Below are positions 62,059-64,000 of a DNA stretch of 64,000 bases, one piece after another (position 1 is the stretch's first letter; the number at the start of each line of letters is the position of its first letter). Location of the stretch: contig NC_091999.1 in NCBI RefSeq assembly GCF_044704955.1, positions 25,792,001 to 25,856,000 on the forward strand, given 5' to 3'. This DNA comes from Pristiophorus japonicus (Eukaryota). Made by a program: the position numbers and the translations under genes. Below the pieces are notes generated by a model, which did not search any database, was not told where the DNA came from, and saw only the letters and a list, made by a program, of their open reading frames with translations.

Positions 62059-63164
62059 GGTGTCTAGTTTAGATTTCGATGTACAATAATTGAATGTTTT
62101 AAATATGTTGCCGTTTTTGGTCTGATAATAAAGAGCAAACCCAAATCAGCGGCAGTCATCATTTATTTCAAAACTGAGGTGCGTTTCTCAGGGCTTGGAT
62201 TGGATGATCTCTCAAATCCAACGCCAGCTGTGGACGAATCACTGTCAGTTGAGGACCAATTACTGATGGCTCCCTCAAAACTCTTTCCTTCCCAGTCAGT
62301 GCCTGTGTGTCTTTCTATCTGTCTCACACTCCTGCAACGTGTCTCTGTCAATCGGACTGCGTTTCTGGCTTTGTATACCTTTGGTCGACCTCAATGTCTC
62401 TATCAATAGATATATAGATCTCGCCATAATTAAGGTGAAAAAGTAAATAATTCCAAATTAATTTCAAGCCCTAGTATTAATGAATATCGTCCAATTCATC
62501 AGCATCATTAATAGTTACAGTCTTAAAGCCACTAGGACACGATAATAGTTAAACCGGGATACGATACCAGTAAAGAGCTGATTTCAATCAGTCACTACTT
62601 GTGGTATTAGCATCCCAGAAGCTCTGAATTTTCCCGCCCCCGAGGCCGACTTAGAGATTAGATCACTTTTGAAAGACTCAAATGTCAGATCTGCATCACC
62701 CAGGACTTTTACTTTCACAAATTGAGCCTGTTAGCAATCAGAGAGATCTGCAGGGTTGTGTATTACTGGAGTGGAAATGTCTGAATTTGATGGTACAATA
62801 AAATGCTAGAGATATTTCACGTTTCCCAACACTGACAGCAATGACTTTAACTGAAGAATACCTCTCGGATCAGGTTGTACTTTCACATTTATTTCCTCAA
62901 CAAACTCTGTAGGATTCAATCGCTGGCATTTTTCCAGAGCCCACATTTGCTGACCTGTGACCTGTTTATGCATGAGGCCCGAGGGATTCTTATTCACTGT
63001 GGGTCATCGCACATAGTAATACACGGCACTGTTTCTGATCTTAATGCCTTTCATGGATAAGTGAAAAGTTCTTTGTGTCCGGTTGAGATTCCTGCTGAAG
63101 TGTTCAAATGCCTTAACTATCGGCTCCGATCAGATACTGGGGTGCTTGGTGGGGATACTGCAGA

Positions 63165-63610
63165 GCTGCAGTTGGTGAGAGGGGAGCGACCTATCAAAAG
63201 CCCAGCGGGAGATCGAGAGCCAGCGGCTGTTGCTGAGAGGGGAGCGACCTATCAAAGGCCCAGCGGGAGATCGAGAGCCAGCGGCAGTTGCTGAGAGGGG
63301 AGCGACCTATAAAAGGCCCAGCGGGAGATCGAGAGCCAACAGCAGTTGGTGAGAGGGGAGCGACCTATAAAAGGCCCAGCGGGAGAGCGAGAGCCAGCGG
63401 CAGTTGGTGAGAGCGGAGCGACCAATAAAAGGCCCAGCGGGAGAGCGAGAGCCAGCGGCAGTTGGTGAGAGGGGAGTGGCCTATAAAAGGCCCAGCGGGA
63501 GAGCGATAGCCAGCGGCAGTTGGTGAGAGCGGAGCGACCAATAAAAGGCCCAGCGGGAGAGCGAGAGCCAGCGGCAGTTGGTGAGAGGGGAGCGACCTAT
63601 AAAGGCGACC
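63165..63610 (+). repeat. 58-bp tandem monomers (about 8) in a CR1 5' UTR
   Basis: Unit GGGAGCGACCTATAAAAGGCCCAGCGGGAGAGCGAGAGCCAGCGGCAGTTGGTGAGAG; AGCGAC recurs every 58 nt (63185, 63243, 63301, 63359). Confidence 0.95.
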
Positions 63611-64000
63611 GCTGCAGCTACAGCGGGAGAGAAAGCAAAATAGAAGTAGAAAGGAATCAAAAAGTGACGTCACAGCCAATGGGGTAAGTGATTGGCTAGT
63701 GATTGGTGAGTAGCTTTTCTTTTCTTTTTTGTATCAGTAAGTGGACTTTAGCATTGTTATTACCAATTTAAGGGTATCTAAGGTTAAGACATGGCAGGAG
63801 AGCTCGGTCACGTGATATGCTCCTCCTGTACCATGTGGGAACTAGGGGACACTTTCGGTGTCCCTGGGCGCTACGTGTGCGGGAAGTGTATCCGCTTCGA
63901 GCTCTTGACGGTCCGCGTTGTGGAATTGGAGCTGAGGGTGGATTCACTCTGGAGCATCCACGATGCTGAGAATGACGTGAGTATCACGTGTAGTGAGTTG
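63165..64000 (+). mobile_element. 5' end of a CR1 LINE; ORF1 starts at 63791 and is open to the window end
   Basis: MAGELGHVICSSCTMWELGDTFGVPGRYVCGKCIRFELLTVRVVELELRVDSLWSIHDAE, homologous to ORF1 at 36031; shares the 5' UTR core (aaagcaaaatagaagta...gtcacagcc) with 35870-35915. Confidence 0.92.

Noticed and set aside
62700-62780. Possible V FR3 relic on the plus strand (FTFT...GTGTATTACTGG)
   Set aside because: Requires frameshifts and stops; no RSS, WYxQ motif or leader. Likely chance.

Overview
Repeat-rich vertebrate genomic DNA, most likely a shark or other cartilaginous fish (inferred from the Ig cluster layout, IgM protein similarity and CR1 tail types), with four N gaps. (1) A pseudogenised IgM heavy-chain cluster on the minus strand (about 7.7-19.8 kb): leader, VH, a D1-like segment, a D2/JH-like segment and Cmu1-Cmu4 with a broken secretory tail. 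The cluster appears partly pre-rearranged in the germline: VH is fused to a D1-like sequence followed by a 22-bp-spacer RSS, and JH is preceded by a 12-bp-spacer RSS. This is a VD-DJ layout with a single interval of about 320 bp left to recombine. (2) A T-cell receptor alpha/delta-type V pseudogene with leader and 23-RSS at 61.6-62.1 kb, on the same strand and upstream of the IgM cluster, suggesting the cluster lies in or beside the TCR alpha/delta locus. (3) A GPR139/GPR142-like GPCR pseudogene at 47.8-48.7 kb. (4) Mobile elements: a near full-length Tx1-clade LINE, many CR1 LINE copies, a Vingi/Ingi-like LINE fragment, SINEs, a TIR element and a probable Harbinger relic. (5) Tandem arrays with 20, 27, 35, 38, 58 and about 65-bp units, including a head-to-head inverted 27-bp array next to a CRE/Forkhead-rich palindrome. 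No intact host protein-coding gene was found. All family assignments come from motif recognition; no database searches were run.
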